DNA of 64,000 nucleotides, from NCBI RefSeq assembly GCF_009914755.1, contig NC_060925.1, one strand, 5' to 3'. The notes below the pieces were generated by a model, which saw nothing but the letters and a program-made list of their open reading frames with translations, was not told where the DNA came from and made no database searches. Shown here one piece after another: positions 14,567-28,104 of the stretch. The translations under genes and the position numbers were made by a program. How positions within the stretch are numbered: the first letter of the stretch is position 1; every line of letters begins with the position of its first letter. Source of the stretch: the human T2T-CHM13v2.0 reference genome, Homo sapiens.

Positions 14567-14845
14567 TGACAGGATCTCACTTTGATACCTAGGCTGGAGG
14601 GCAGTGGCACAATCTCGGCTCACTGCAGCCACAACCCTCTGCGTTCAAGAGATCCTCCTGCCTTAGCCAGGCAAGTAGCTGGTATCACAGGCACGGGCCA
14701 CCAGGCCTAGCTAATAGTTTTGTATTTTTATTAGAGACGGGAGTCTCCTTATGTTGCCCAGGCTGGTCCTGAACTCTTGAGCTCAAGCGATCCATCTCAG
14801 GCTCCCAGAGTGCTGGGAATACAGGCATCAGCCACTGTGTCTGGC
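14567..14845 (-). mobile_element. AluJ
   Basis: cactgcagcc, atgttgcccaggctgg and gagctcaagcgatcc are J-type features; highly diverged. Confidence 0.93.
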
Positions 14846-15356
14846 AGAGCCAGTTTTTCATTTGTTCCAGTTTCTCAGTAAAGTTAAGTAACATTACAAT
14901 GTTTATTGGAAATGAAAACAAAATGGTGGGAGTGGTGGAATTCTGTGCCAAAATTTCAGCCCAAAAACCACCCTGGGGTTTACATATGCTAAATTTATGT
15001 CTTTTAATTTTTATGTTTTTGCTTTTATAAAACAGCTTTTCACTTAAATTTTATCAATTTAAGAGAATCTTAAATCCAAAAAATTTTTTTGTGATTGTCT
15101 TGAAAACATGAGAACAATTACATGATGGCAGAAAAGCTAAAATTGTAATGTTAGATTTTATATTAAAGTTAGTTTTAGAATGTAAATACTCAGTTTTCAT
15201 TATTACAGTACGTACAATTCTGTAATATTGAATTTAATGTAATAGTTGTTATTCTTTATAAATAATTTAAATAATACTAGGTACCAAACAATGAAAAGTG
15301 TGTAAAGCACTAAGAAGCCATTAATTGGAATATAATTTCTTCTCTAAACTGAGAGA

Positions 15357-15550
15357 CAATGTGATAACGGAACCCAGGATCCAGATTATCTGTCTTTGAA
15401 TCCTTTCTGTCACTACTAGCTATGTCACATTCGGTGGTTATTTACTTCTTTTTGCTTCGTTTTGTCATCTATGGAATGGAAATAATTGTTTTCATTCTCC
15501 TTGAGGTGTTATAAGAAAAAAGTCAAGATATATAAAACATTAGGATACTA
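15357..15550 (+). mobile_element. MIR
   Basis: tttgaatcctttctgtcactactagctatgtcac...cgttttgtcatctatggaatggaaataat core. Confidence 0.75.
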
Positions 15551-15589
15551 GGAATAATAATAATTGTAATTAGTATTATTATTTCATTA

Positions 15590-15820
15590 TAATTAATCCA
15601 CACAGCAACCTTGCCAGTTATTCTCTTCATTGCAAATGTTGTGAAGCAGATGTAATACCTTCACTTAATAATCAATGATATATGTAACTTACTGACATAT
15701 TCAGAAAGTGTGTGTGTGTGTGTGTGTGTGTCTAATCAGATAACTGTAAGTGACAGAGTCAAGACTCAAATTTCAAATTCTGCATGACTCCAATCTTCAC
15801 TCTATTCACAGCACCACCGC
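15590..15820 (-). mobile_element. MIR containing a (GT)12 microsatellite (15708-15731)
   Basis: aatccacacagcaacc...gtaagtgacagagtcaagactcaaa...tgactccaatcttcactct. Confidence 0.6.
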
Positions 15821-16984
15821 ATTCATATTGTCCCATATTCATAATATACTTTCACTTAGATTACAGCTCAGATCTGAAATATAAAATCCTTGTATTATGT
15901 TTAGGCAATTGTAAGAACATAAAGAAAATTCGAGAAAAAAAATTAAAGAAGGATAACCTGAAATGTACAAGTTTAGAAATCTCAATGTGTTATATTTAAA
16001 TTGAAAACAGATGGCACATATATGCTAATAAGTTTTAAATACCACATAGTGTTATTGAAGTTAGTTGGGAGATATGCCAGGTTAATCTTTGATTTATAAA
16101 ATATGAGGAGAAGATAAAGTCTTAAAAAGTAAATGGATGAAAAAATGAACTCCTGAAAATTCAGTACTTCTAAACTGGTATTTAGTGACACATTAATTAA
16201 AAGGAACTTATGAAACTGAATTTTTAAAAAGAGCCTACATTCAAATTTTAAAATAACATTTGGATACAATGCTTGAAGATATCAATGCACATCAAAATTC
16301 AGATGTATTTTCTTGTTTTAAAAATCAGTGGTTTTTAAATAAGTAAAAATCAAAAACAAAATACATTAAATAAGTAACATGAAAACATTCCTCTGGGAAA
16401 ATAGTCATTAACTCTACACAACAGAGCTAATGCATTCTCAAATTCAACTTCTTATTGAATGGTAAGAAAATTAGCAATAAGAATATTAAAGTCAGAAATA
16501 GAAAATAATTTTAACATAATATATAGGGTAAATAGTACCTTTTTAAACAACAACAACAAAAATTTCAACAAGTTCTTTATGGTATATAGTAATATACAAT
16601 ATTTATAAACAGTAAAAGCAGTGTCTTGATAAAACCGTATTTCTTTTCATTTAATTTAGTTTTTGCTTTTACTTTAAATTATGGGTATTTGTAATGTATT
16701 ACTTGAAAAATAAAAGATCTAAGTTCAATTTTTGAGATACTTTACCTCCTATCATGGACTTTCAGAAAGATAGCATGTTATGTTCCAGATGCTAATTAGC
16801 GTAACATGTCATAATTCTTCCAATTATGACTTTAAAAGTATTGTGATTATATTTAAATTACCTATGTAATGCAATAATTGATTACTATAATATTTATACT
16901 CCAGGGCACTATTCTTATTTATAATTTCACATAAAAATAAATCAATAATATCTTGTTTAAAATTTAGTCCTTAAACTTGATTCA

Positions 16985-17271
16985 GTTCAGAACATGCTAA
17001 ACCAAAATATTGTGCCTTGGCATACTGAATTGATAAATGGTGGGTGCAGGAACGACTCTCTGAGTTTTCCTTGAATAGGTCATAAATGCTCACGTGAGAT
17101 ATTCCCTTGCTATACCCAGAAGAAAGGAGCATCCTTATCTCTGAAGATGGAGGAAGGCCGAGAGGCAGCCCAATAGGCTTTGCTAAGTTTCCCCAAGTTT
17201 CCTACTCTTTGCTTATACCCCTTTTTACTATCACATTTTCCCACAACGTTTACTCTTTATCAAACCTAGTT
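16985..17271 (+). mobile_element. ERV1 LTR 5' part (MER34-like)
   Basis: gttcagaacatgctaaaccaaaatat...ctatacccagaagaaaggagcatccttatctctgaaga...ttgctaagtttccccaagttt. Confidence 0.75.
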
Positions 17272-18062
17272 CAGTAAGCCCTCTCTTAACATCACTGTTA
17301 GATTCTTAAAAACTGTGACTTAAAGCAAAAGAATGTATAAGAAACCAATTTTACTCTAGGCTAATTGATATAAACAAGAGTTAATTTCTTAAGGCCATAT
17401 TCCTGGTCACAAAACAATCAACAAACTTCTAAATAAAGAACAAAACATTTCTAATGTTAAACGTTAATGTAAATGTGAGCTAAATATACTTCTAGGAAAG
17501 AGTAATAAAAACAAGTAAAATCATGACTTACCCAATTTTTAGTAAATAAGTCAATAATAGTGGTTGAAAGGGTGGCACGGTAAATCAAGGAATAAATGTT
17601 TGCAAAGCAAAAATTGTAAGGAGCTCGTCCTACCACCATGAGTTCAAACAGAAACAGTAACATATATGGCAAGCTTAATGAGTGCCTTCTTATTGCATAA
17701 TTTACTATCATGTAACTGTATGATTATCATATGCTTTATGAATTTTTGTGACAATAATGTGTTTTCATCCATTCATTAATTTTTCAAACTGCTTATTCCA
17801 GTTCAAGGTCACAGGTGGCTCAAGCCCATCCCATAGCTCAGGGAGCAAAGCAGGAACCGGTCCTGAACAGGCCACCATTCCATTGCAGGGCACACTTCAC
17901 ACACCCATACCAGCTCAGACTAGAACAAATGTAGACATGCCAATGAACCTATCATGCACAAATTTGAGGAGTGGGAGAAAACAGGAGTACTCAGAGAAAA
18001 CCCACACAAAGATGGAGAGAACATGCATATTCTACACAGACAGTGGCTCTGGCCAGGAATCA
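17272..18062 (-). mobile_element. MER6-like TcMar-Tigger DNA transposon, one terminus missing
   Basis: Terminus cagtaagccctctcttaac; internal ccagttcaaggtcacaggtggc...ggagtactcagagaaaacccacac...cacagacagtggctctggccaggaatc. Confidence 0.8.
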
Positions 18063-19989
18063 TTTGAAAATTTGAACTATCTTAATGTGCACGTTCAAAA
18101 ACAATTCTCACAGATATACTCAGGTATGATTCTAATACTCAATAATTATGTATCCAACTCTCCAAAATTAACATTGACTCTTCTGTGCAAATGCCTTTCT
18201 ATGTGATTCGGGAAAGTGTAATTAACACATTAATTTATATGCAGATAACCATCTAAATGCCAATGCCTTTTTATTCAACTCTTTCCATCTGACTTTCAAA
18301 TCAGATGAGCCATATGGCTCTAAATGTATATTAAACACCATAAAATAAGAAATCCATAAAATGAGAAGCAGTGGAACTATCTGAGAAATATTTTAATCTT
18401 TTGAAAATATATCACTTTTTATTACAATCCTTGAACAGAGGACAGAGTTACTATATTAATATACTAATTTCTATTTTTTAACCAATCAAAATTTTATTTA
18501 AGCATTGGAACTGATTTACAAATTAGTTCAGATATAAATATTCAATACAAACATTTTTTTTAAATTGTAAAGATATATAAATACATAATGATTAATGTCA
18601 TAGTAATAATCACTGTTCTTTCTGTTCAGGTTTCATCTCCTGCAGGTGCTGAGTCCATAATTTGTAAGATCAGCCTCTGCCAGTTTTACAACCAGTTTTG
18701 AATATTATTGGCACCAAATAAGAACTAGGAAATATCTAGCCTGCGATGAGGCATCTGGATGCTCATCACTGTTTTTCTAACTTTGGAGAGAAAAAGACAA
18801 ATTTTATTCTGAGCTATTAACTCCTTAGAAATTAAATTTCTAATTATACTATTTCTTAAAATGTCAATAATTTGGACTATGTTGAAAGATGTAGCTGAAA
18901 TTATTATATTTTTTCAATCTGGCACATAAATAGCAGTTGTTTATTCAATATATCTTCTGCTTAACTATTCTTAACCCATCTTGTATATTTTGCATTGTTA
19001 GAGTCATCCAATAAAACTGTATTTCAAATTTAGAATTTGTATTTGTTTTTCTTCTCCCATATATAGTTTCACTTATTTGAAAATTGGCAGAAGGTAAAAG
19101 GAAGGCAAAATCAAAACAGGACTTAGCTTTAACTATGATATATTCAATACAAGTTACTTCAGCAAAAATGGAAATATCTAGAAAAAGAAAAAAATAGAGA
19201 TATATAAATGTAGTCTTAACTTTATTCAACAAGAAGTATTTGTAAATAGAACAGAAAATGATCCCTGATGTCACAGAAACTACACTAAACGTAAATAGCA
19301 GAATATCTAAAGAAAAAAAATATAAAGAAAGGAAGTGTTTTGTATGTTAGAAAGAGACAGTATCTGAGGATAAGGGGTTTGTATGATCATGGTGTGGGAG
19401 ATGCAGGTTGCAAAATTAAGTATGGTGGCCAATGAGGGCCTCGTTGACAAAATAACATTTTCTCAAAGGCTTGCAGGAAAGAACAAATGGAAGTAAAACT
19501 CCTCAATCAACACTCTGCCTTGAGGCCTTCTAACCTGCTGCCCTGCATGTATAGTTGCCACTCTACAATCTATTGTTATACAGCAGCCCAAGGCAAGAGT
19601 TTTTGTTTTGAGTTTTTGTAAGCATTTTATGCTATGAATGGATGATGTAGAAAAAATGACAGCTAACTTCACTGCATAAACCTATTTTCCTCTTGTAAAA
19701 AATGAAACTTTGCACAGATGGTGGTAAACTCCATTTTCTTCAGTGTACATTTTTCATGTTCATTTTGATCTGATTGAGATTGGTAACTTGTTTGGTAGGA
19801 GACAGAATTTAGTTACATTGCAATCTTGTTTTATTATGCATAAGTTTCCTATCTCTTTCAATAATTTTGATACTTCTTTATTTTTTCCCATAACATTTCC
19901 AATTTCATATAGGCCTTCAATTCTTTTGGTCTAAAGTTATTCAAAATGTATTTTTAATGATTTTGGCTTCCTTTATATATGCAATTAGA

Positions 19990-20400
19990 TACCCTTTTAA
20001 AACATTTCTGAAGCTACTTATTAGTACATTCTATCTATCTCTTCTCTTTGAGCTTACTTGCCAAAGTTGGTCTATTTTATTTTTATTTTTAAGCACAAAT
20101 TTTGGACTTTAATTTTTTAAAATTATACCTTTTCATTGTTTGGTTTTTACTTTTATCAATTTGTTACTTAATATTTTCATTTTTATTTGGAAGCTTAGTG
20201 CACTGATTTTCAAATTTTCATATATTAAACAGGTTATAAATTGCAAAGTTGTCTGTAAATTTCCCATTGCCTACTACTTCATCGAAATTGATATGTTTTG
20301 ATATATTGTGTTTTCATTTTTATTTCTTTCATCACAATAACATTACTATGGCATTTCACTTTGTATTTCTTTTAATGCTTTTTACACTAAATTCTATCAT
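19990..20400 (-). mobile_element. Very old L1M ORF2 remnant
   Basis: T-rich motifs (ttgccaaagttggtctattttatt; ttttgatatattgtgttttcattttt); weak. Confidence 0.4.
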
Positions 20401-22550
20401 TATGTTAATAATGCTATAGAATTAAAATATATGTATGGGAAAATTGTTTTCTATTGATTTTTAAATTTTTGCATTTTTAATTTATAATTATAAAAATGCA
20501 TTGTATTTTATGGGAAAGTATGTTACATATTTTAAGTATCATACATATTTTCATAAACTTGATGAAGGAAAATTAGTATTTTTGTAACATGCATTTCAAC
20601 AAAATATGATTATACATTGATAGCATTATATGTACCTGTATGTTCATTTAATTGCAGTTACAATTAAAATCAACTCATTTTCACCTTTCTTATAAAAATG
20701 ATATTCTTTGGTATTTAATATATATTTAATAGAAACTAAATATATGAATCAGTCAAATAACAGTCCTTTCCACTTTCTTCAAATTGTAATGTTTGCTAGT
20801 TTATTATTATATACAGACATTGTCTTAAGCATGCACTGAAAGCATTCTCTCAACTCACTTTCAGCAGTAATTTTCCTAATAACTTAAGACAAATTGTTCT
20901 GTTAAATGAAATTGCTACATGGTTGTCCATAGACTTTCAAACCTCTGTTCTTCTGTGATATCTGTTAAGTATTTCAACATTTCTAGTTTGCAATTAACGA
21001 ACTCCAACTTGTATAACTATGTAACTGTCATTCATTTATCAGATTTGTCCCTCCTACTAGAATTGTGCTTTTAGAGGCAATATTTCAATGTTAGTTCATG
21101 GGCTGTATTCCAAAACTTCTTTCTGGTGAATATAAATATAGTTGAAGTCAGCTGGTGAGGGGAAAAGCAATTTCTAAACCAAGCATATATGAAAAAAGGC
21201 AATCCTCGTCACATATCCAGATACATTTTTAAAATGATCCCCTCAAAGGAAAAGGGTAAAGAGACTTCTATAATTATGTTATATTAAAATTTACAGCAAT
21301 ATTTATTTCTTTACGCTTTACTTTTCTTAGAAAGTGCTGTTTAATTTGTATTTATTAATTTCTTTCTACCTCATTCAGATATAATAAAAAAGAAGCTATG
21401 CCATTGAAAACAGTATTAAGAAGAGGTTTAATGATACATTTACTCACTAAATAATGTTGAGCCATTATTAAAGTTTTCAAACTTAAGTCTTGCCTGCCGT
21501 TAGATGAAAAAGGTCTATCTGTGTGACAAAATTTCAGTCCTCAGCAGCTGATGCATGATGGAAAGTATGAAGAAACAGTTTATATAACTTTAAATATAAT
21601 ATTTTAAAAATCCAAAAAACAAATGTATCAAATATTAAGTGAGGCTAGCCAAATAAAACTGCACACATGTAAAGAATTTTGTGTTGTTTTATAATAATTA
21701 GGTTTGAGATTTAAAACATTATTCATATTTAATGACATTTTGTGAGATAATATATGCATATTTTAGAATAATTTATATAAGAAAACACACATATTGTAGT
21801 GTTATTTAGATATATTGTTAACAGCTATTAGAATGAGAAACTTATAAAACTTTGATATGAAAATGTGAAACTGCATTTTATTTTAATTGTTTTATATTTA
21901 GCAATGTAGTTCTAACAGATGTAATTCTTGCAAAGATTTTTATATTGGTAGGCTACTTTCAGTGCCAGAAAAATAAAACAAACATGATTAACTTAAAGAA
22001 AAAAGAAACTTATTCATAGATTTGGAGTAATTCAAAAAGTTCAAAGGTAAAGATGCATATGTAGACCTCTGGAAGGATGGGACCCAGGCAGTTCTGGAAA
22101 TCTAGAAACCTCACAATATTGAAAGAGTTCCACAGGATGCGTCCCCAAATGGAAGCAACTCTGACTTTTCCCAATCCTATGTCACTTGTATCATTCAGAG
22201 ATGAGAACAATTTGATAGGCTTAGCTTGCTCACAATTCCATCTCCCATCGTTGGGCCAACTGGCAGCCTCACCAAGACTGGTTGCTATGGGCAAGGCAGT
22301 TTCCCAAAGAAAAAGAGTGGAGAGTGAAAAAATATAAAAATGTCTGGTATTCTTGATGTATTTTGATATAAAATTCAGTAATATGGACTTGGGCAATGAG
22401 TTGAAAATAAATTGTATTAAATTTAAATGCTTAAGGTTTATTAATTATAGTAATTTTAGACAAAATTAATCAGATATTTTTAAAGTATTTCTTACTCTAA
22501 TTCTGAATTTATAATTTCAGTCATGAAAATTTTTACTTTTACTGCACTAA

Positions 22551-23586
22551 TGAAAGAGGAGAAATAAATGAATCAACCAAGCAGATAGGGCAAGAATCTT
22601 TGGCAGAATCCTCTTTTAACAAAAAACAGCCCAATAAGCCATTTCTTTTATTTTCAATTTTTATTTTATTATTTAATATTTACTTATGTATTTATTTTCT
22701 GAGACAGAGTCTCGCTTTGTCGCCCATGCTGGAGTACAGTGGCATGATCTCGGCTCACTGCAACCTCCGCCTCCCGGGTTCAAGCAATTATCCTGCCTCA
22801 AGCCTCCTGAGTAGCTGGGATTACAGGCACCTGCCACAACGCCCCACTAATTTTTGTATTTTTAGTAGAGACAGGGTTTCACCATGTTGGCCAGGCTGGT
22901 CTCAAACTCCGGACCTCAGGTGATCCACCTGCCTCGGCCTCTCAAAACATTTCTTTCTAACAAAGGCAGCCTGAAGGATCAGGCTGCAAACACAGATAAG
23001 GAAGGCGAATTCTAACATGGAAAGGGGCCTCCTGTATAATCAACATGTTTCACTGACATACAGTGGGCCCAGTGAGCACATTCCATTCTCTTCTTGGAAA
23101 TACTCAGATGAGGAGGCTTGCACAGTGGGGTACTTGTAGTAGCACTAATAAGAAGAGCTACCCGGGAACAGGCATGTCTACCTTGGAGGGTTCTGCCCCT
23201 GGCCCTTAACACATGTGCAGTAGGAAGAGATAAGCAACATGGAGTAACTTAGGTTAAGGAGCCCACATGTGCACTAAAAGTTTGGGGTGGCGACTGCCAA
23301 AAATTCTCACCTTATGCAAATGACACACCCAGCCCTAACCAGTATTACATGCCCTATGTAAATCAGACACTGACCCCCAATAGCTCCTCTATAAAAACCT
23401 TGCATTTTACTGCAGTTCTGCAACCCATTTTTTCGAGACCCCTCTCTCCACCAGAGAGCTTTCTTCCTTCCTTTTGCTTATTAAACTTCTACTCTAAACT
23501 CACCCTTGGAGTGTCCACGTCCCTGGTTTCCTATGTCCTGAGACCAAGAACTTCGGGTGGCATCCCGGACAATGAGGCTGGTTTCA
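22551..23586 (+). mobile_element. Complete ERV1 solo LTR (MER66-like) with nested Alu
   Basis: TG...CA termini with perfect 4-bp TSD ctaa (22547-22550 / 23587-23590); TATAAAA at 23390, ATTAAA at 23480. Confidence 0.85.
22649..22947 (-). mobile_element. AluSx-like, 5'-truncated by about 35 nt
   Basis: gacctcaggtgatcc diagnostic; ends at ctcaaaa; TSD catttcttt (22640-22648 / 22948-22956). Confidence 0.95.
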
Positions 23587-24006
23587 CTAACATACATATC
23601 TTCCATAGAAGCTATTTCACCAAATGTCATTATTACCATCTTTTTTTCATAGCTGTATATTTTAAACTTAGAAGATTCTCATCCAAACTCTGCCAAATTT
23701 GTGATTTTCTTTATCATATTTAACCTGTTGTACTACTATTATGAGTTTTAAAAGAATGAATATGTGAAAAGCACATCTGTCCCTGGAGTTACTTGAAAAT
23801 GACTTTTTAAATGTCAGTTTCTTCATTTAAAGATAATTGATGTTTGTCATTCAATATTTCTTTGAAGACTTTCCGTAACATTATCATATTCAACATTTTT
23901 GGTAATTCATATGCAGGTTTTTATCATTTTGTATAAAATCCTTCAGAAAAAAGTTATTTTAGGTCCTATGAAGATAACATCTAAGCAAACTACCATCAAG
24001 CTAAGG

Positions 24007-24098
24007 TACTCTGATTTTAACTTGTGTGATACCAAGTAGTAAATCTTTCAATTACTCTGATTTTAACTTGTGTGATACCAAGTAGTAAATCTTTCAAT
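24007..24098. repeat. Perfect 2 x 46-bp tandem duplication
   Basis: tactctgattttaacttgtgtgataccaagtagtaaatctttcaat twice. Confidence 0.98.
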
Positions 24099-24382
24099 TT
24101 ACATAAATATTGAAAATTATAATTTAAATACAAATAGCCAACCATTATTGCCTATAAGACTGTCAATTTTATAATGCATATATTCATTCATCTTTATTCA
24201 TTATTTATTCTCACAAATATAAGATTGTGTCTTACTTAAATGTTATATTTCATTGCTAATTTCTCTTTAAAATTTGCAAGTATTACACAATTCTTAATTT
24301 GCTACAAGTTTACAAAGTACGGAAATGTATTTGATGAATGGATTGGCCTCTGTCTCAACTCCATGTCAAAACCTTCTCTTGA

Positions 24383-24733
24383 GAATGTAATGGTGATCAC
24401 GAGAGAGTCGGAGTGTACATGTGGGGGGGAATCAAGGAAAGAGGAGATGTTGCTCATAGGGTACAAAGTTCAAGTTAGAAATGAGGAATGAGTTTTAGAG
24501 ATCTATTGCACATCATGGTGACCATCGTTAAAAATTATATATATTAATTTTATATATATATAGTATTTCCATATTGCTAAAAGAGTAAATGTTAAATGTT
24601 CTCGCCACAAAATGTAAGTGAGGTAGTGGATATGTTAATTAGCTTGATTTAATATTTCTACAATGTATATGTAACAAAACATTATATTGTACCCAATAAA
24701 TATATACACTTATTGTCAATTAAAAATAAAAAA
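24383..24733 (+). mobile_element. L1MA-type 3' UTR, 5'-truncated insertion
   Basis: gggtacaaagttcaagttag...agatctattgcacatcatggtgacc...ggatatgttaattagcttgattt; TSD aaaaccttct(c/a)ttga. Confidence 0.9.
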
Positions 24734-27700
24734 GTAGTGTAAGACTGCAGAAAACCTTCTATTGAAACCTCAGATCTAAAAAGCAGTAGATTCAATGGTG
24801 GAACATGTAAATCTATTTATAAATCTTACTGAAATTTTCCTGTGAAACAAGAATTGTTTCTTCATTTAGGGTTAAATATTTTTAAATGTATGTGGTGATT
24901 ATTACAAAGATGATTTAGTTATCTTTTATTGAGTATCTTATATTTGCAGGTCATTTTTCTAGGTATTATTTTTCAATATATTTACCACACACACCAAGTT
25001 TTCTGGGGTGAAGAAAAGCCGTAATTGCAAGAATAAAGGTAATAGTCAACTTAGGAAAGGGTCACTCTAATTAAAGTCCCCAAAACAAACTGAGGGATAA
25101 AAGCAGTTCAAAATTTTAGAAAATTCTAAAGTAAATATTTAATACAATAAATTCATGAAAGGTTTTTTAAAGTGTTTGTATACTATTTGTTTTTCAACAT
25201 ACCAATTGTTTTCTTGAATTATACAATGTCAACTACATATTTTTACATTGTAATTTAACAAAGTCATTTTAACAGGGAGTTAGGCAGAAGAGTATCTGTA
25301 TTTTTCATTTTGGTGACCTGACTTATGTCAGGATGATAAATCTGCCTAAAGTAGAGGAGTAAGATTTTCATTTAATTGTTTTCTTTTCTGTTAATTATGA
25401 TTACAGATCCTCACAAGCAGTTCAGATCACATTTTACTGTTTTCCTGACCTATCTTTGTGCTATTTGCTTTTCAGTCTTAATACTCTCTGGTTCATTAGA
25501 ACTCTTACTAAAAGAATGTGTTAAGTCTTATGACACTGTTATACCCAATTATTTCTAAACTTCAAGTTCAGTAATTTTATAGGGTTCACACTAATAACTA
25601 TTTCCAAGTTGTGAACCCTATGATGGCTTTTTATTTGTATATTCTTTACTAAATTTTCATTAAGTGTGTACAGGGTACAGCACACATATATTTGTTGTTC
25701 TAATACTGTACATTTTTTCATTTTCAGTGTAAATTTATAATATAGCCCTCTCTCTTATCAATAAACTCCTCTAACTTGCATTTACTTGAAAATTGACTTT
25801 TGCTTAGAAGATGTAACATTTTGGCTAATAAATTTTCTAGTCAATAGAATATTTTTTAAAATAATATTGTGCATGATATTTTATAATAGCAAGAATCAGC
25901 AGTTCTGTTAAAGTAAAATGCTATGTACATGTAGAAATTCAGTAAGTTCTTACTGATAGAAATAAAGTGGACATCAATTACATTAATGATGTAATCAGGG
26001 GTGAAACAAACTCAACCAGAATAGAAGCAATTATTTTGATTATTTCCTGACCTCAGATCCAGAAAGTCAATTTAATCATATCCTTTAGCTCACTGAACTT
26101 TTCATAGTTGTTCTTCAGCAAGCCCATGGCTTGGGCTTATTTCCTTATTTATTCACATTTAATACATTCACCACTCTCATCTCTTTCCCATCAAAAGATT
26201 GTTTTGAAATACTTTTCTAAACTTCTTGTTTTTTGTAATTGTTAAGATGTGTACTGTTGTATACGGTATTTGCATTTTTAAAATTTACATAGATAGTGCT
26301 GGGCTATGTATGCCTGACTTCACTTCACCATAGCCGGAAGCCCCTCCAATACACTGTATTTTTCTACATTAATATATGAAGCAGAGATTGACTTTTTGTC
26401 TACCTTCTCCTCTAGATTCTAAGTTATTGAATAAATGGTTCCTAGAATCATGAACTATTATTGGTATATTCTATGTCTAGCTTTTGTCTATACTAAGGAA
26501 ATTAATACTCACAAAACTAAAGAAAATATACCCTGACATAATTTGGTGTGATTGGATATTTGCACAAGGAGAGCCAGAGGATCTTCCAGGAGAATAAAGA
26601 GAAAAGGCCACGTGCAAAGTGGAAGCCATTTTCTACTCCAATATACCACTGCAATAAAATATAAGAATTCATGAAAATTATGAAAGCATGAAAATCAAAA
26701 AGTTTTCAGGTGGAACATGGACATTTAAAGATTAATAAATTTTGTGACAGAATAAAGATGTTTCAATTTATTTTTGTTACCATTATACACCTAAAGGCTA
26801 CTTAGGAGTATAAGTTTTAATTATTCATAACTCAGTTGGCTAAGATTTGCTAAGAATCATTAAAATTGTATTATGTATAATTCAGGTTCCCTTATAATAT
26901 CACCGTGTTTTGCATATTAGAATTAAATTTACTTAGCCAATAATTACAAATCACTAATTTAATTTTCTTTTAAATATTTTAACCTTTTATAAGAAATGAA
27001 GCTAAACATGCCTGCTGGTAAGTAATCCGAAATAATTTGGTTTCTATTTGGTGAAAAATTGAAAATAGACAACCTCATTAATTTTATGTTAAAACCATGC
27101 AAAAAATTATATACTGTCCTGAAACTAACATCGTCCGCAGAATTAGACAAGCATTTGCCCATTCACAGGGTTAATTCAGGTTAAAAAGTATTTTAAAATC
27201 CCCATAATTGCCAACATAATTTTATCTCATGGAATTTATTTAATCAATGCTACCTTACTAACCTTCACAACTAGTTAATTTGTACTTTTCATGTTTTATT
27301 TGTCTTTTTGCATTTATAAGAATTAGAAGTTTTCCAAACGTATTAATTTTTTCTTTTTCAACTCAATGTATTCATCTGTCTCTCTATATATTATCCTACT
27401 GTATTTTGCTCTGTTAATACAAATGACATTTATGAACAAATGCATAAATAAATATTTGTCCAAATATTACAGAAACTTTGGTGGCCAGATTCAACCATCA
27501 GCAGTATACTATGGAGACACATTCTAATCTTCAGACAATGCTGAGGCTTTGTTTTTCCCTTCAGTCTCAGTTTGTTTCTGTAATCTCTTCTCAGTTTCAG
27601 TAAATTTCCTTCAGTTTTTCAAAAGTCTCTTACTCTCTCTGATGTGCAGAGTCTACACGTCCTCTTCTCTCTGCCAGAAGTCTTTCTCTCTTTCCCTTGC

Positions 27701-28104
27701 TTTATTTTTCTCTCTTTGCATAGGTTTTATATTGAAAACACCTTCTCTAGGATAGTTTCCCTGATTTCAAAATAATATGATACTCTTTTCCTATTTAATT
27801 TTATAGTACACAGTACTAAAACTCTTAACATCTATTCTAAAATTAATGCTCATTCATCTTTGTTCTTGACTGAAACATAAGCAATGACTGTTCTTCTCTG
27901 CACTAATGGACCCAATTTACACCCAATATGAACCTTGAACAATAGTTTTCAATATTATTTGTCGATATAATTAATATCATCACAAAATATTCAAGGTTTC
28001 TTATTTATCTTTGTATTTCCTTCACAAAGAATTCCGTGAGTGCTTATTCAACAAACAATTTCTCCTCAAAGTATATATTTGAACTTAATAGTGCTATAGT
28101 GGAG

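Noticed and set aside
14156-14632. 158-aa K/E/R-rich ORF
   Set aside because: Translation of the Alu end plus the purine microsatellite
17748-18206. 152-aa ORF
   Set aside because: Lies mostly within the MER6-like element, has a GTG start and no recognisable domain
18610-18670. Possible small exon (polypyrimidine-cag ... gtaag)
   Set aside because: Splice-like motifs are frequent by chance and no transcript evidence is available
22010-22396. Overlapping 128-aa and 86-aa ORFs
   Set aside because: No domain similarity that I recognise; the region weakly resembles an old antisense MLT1 LTR
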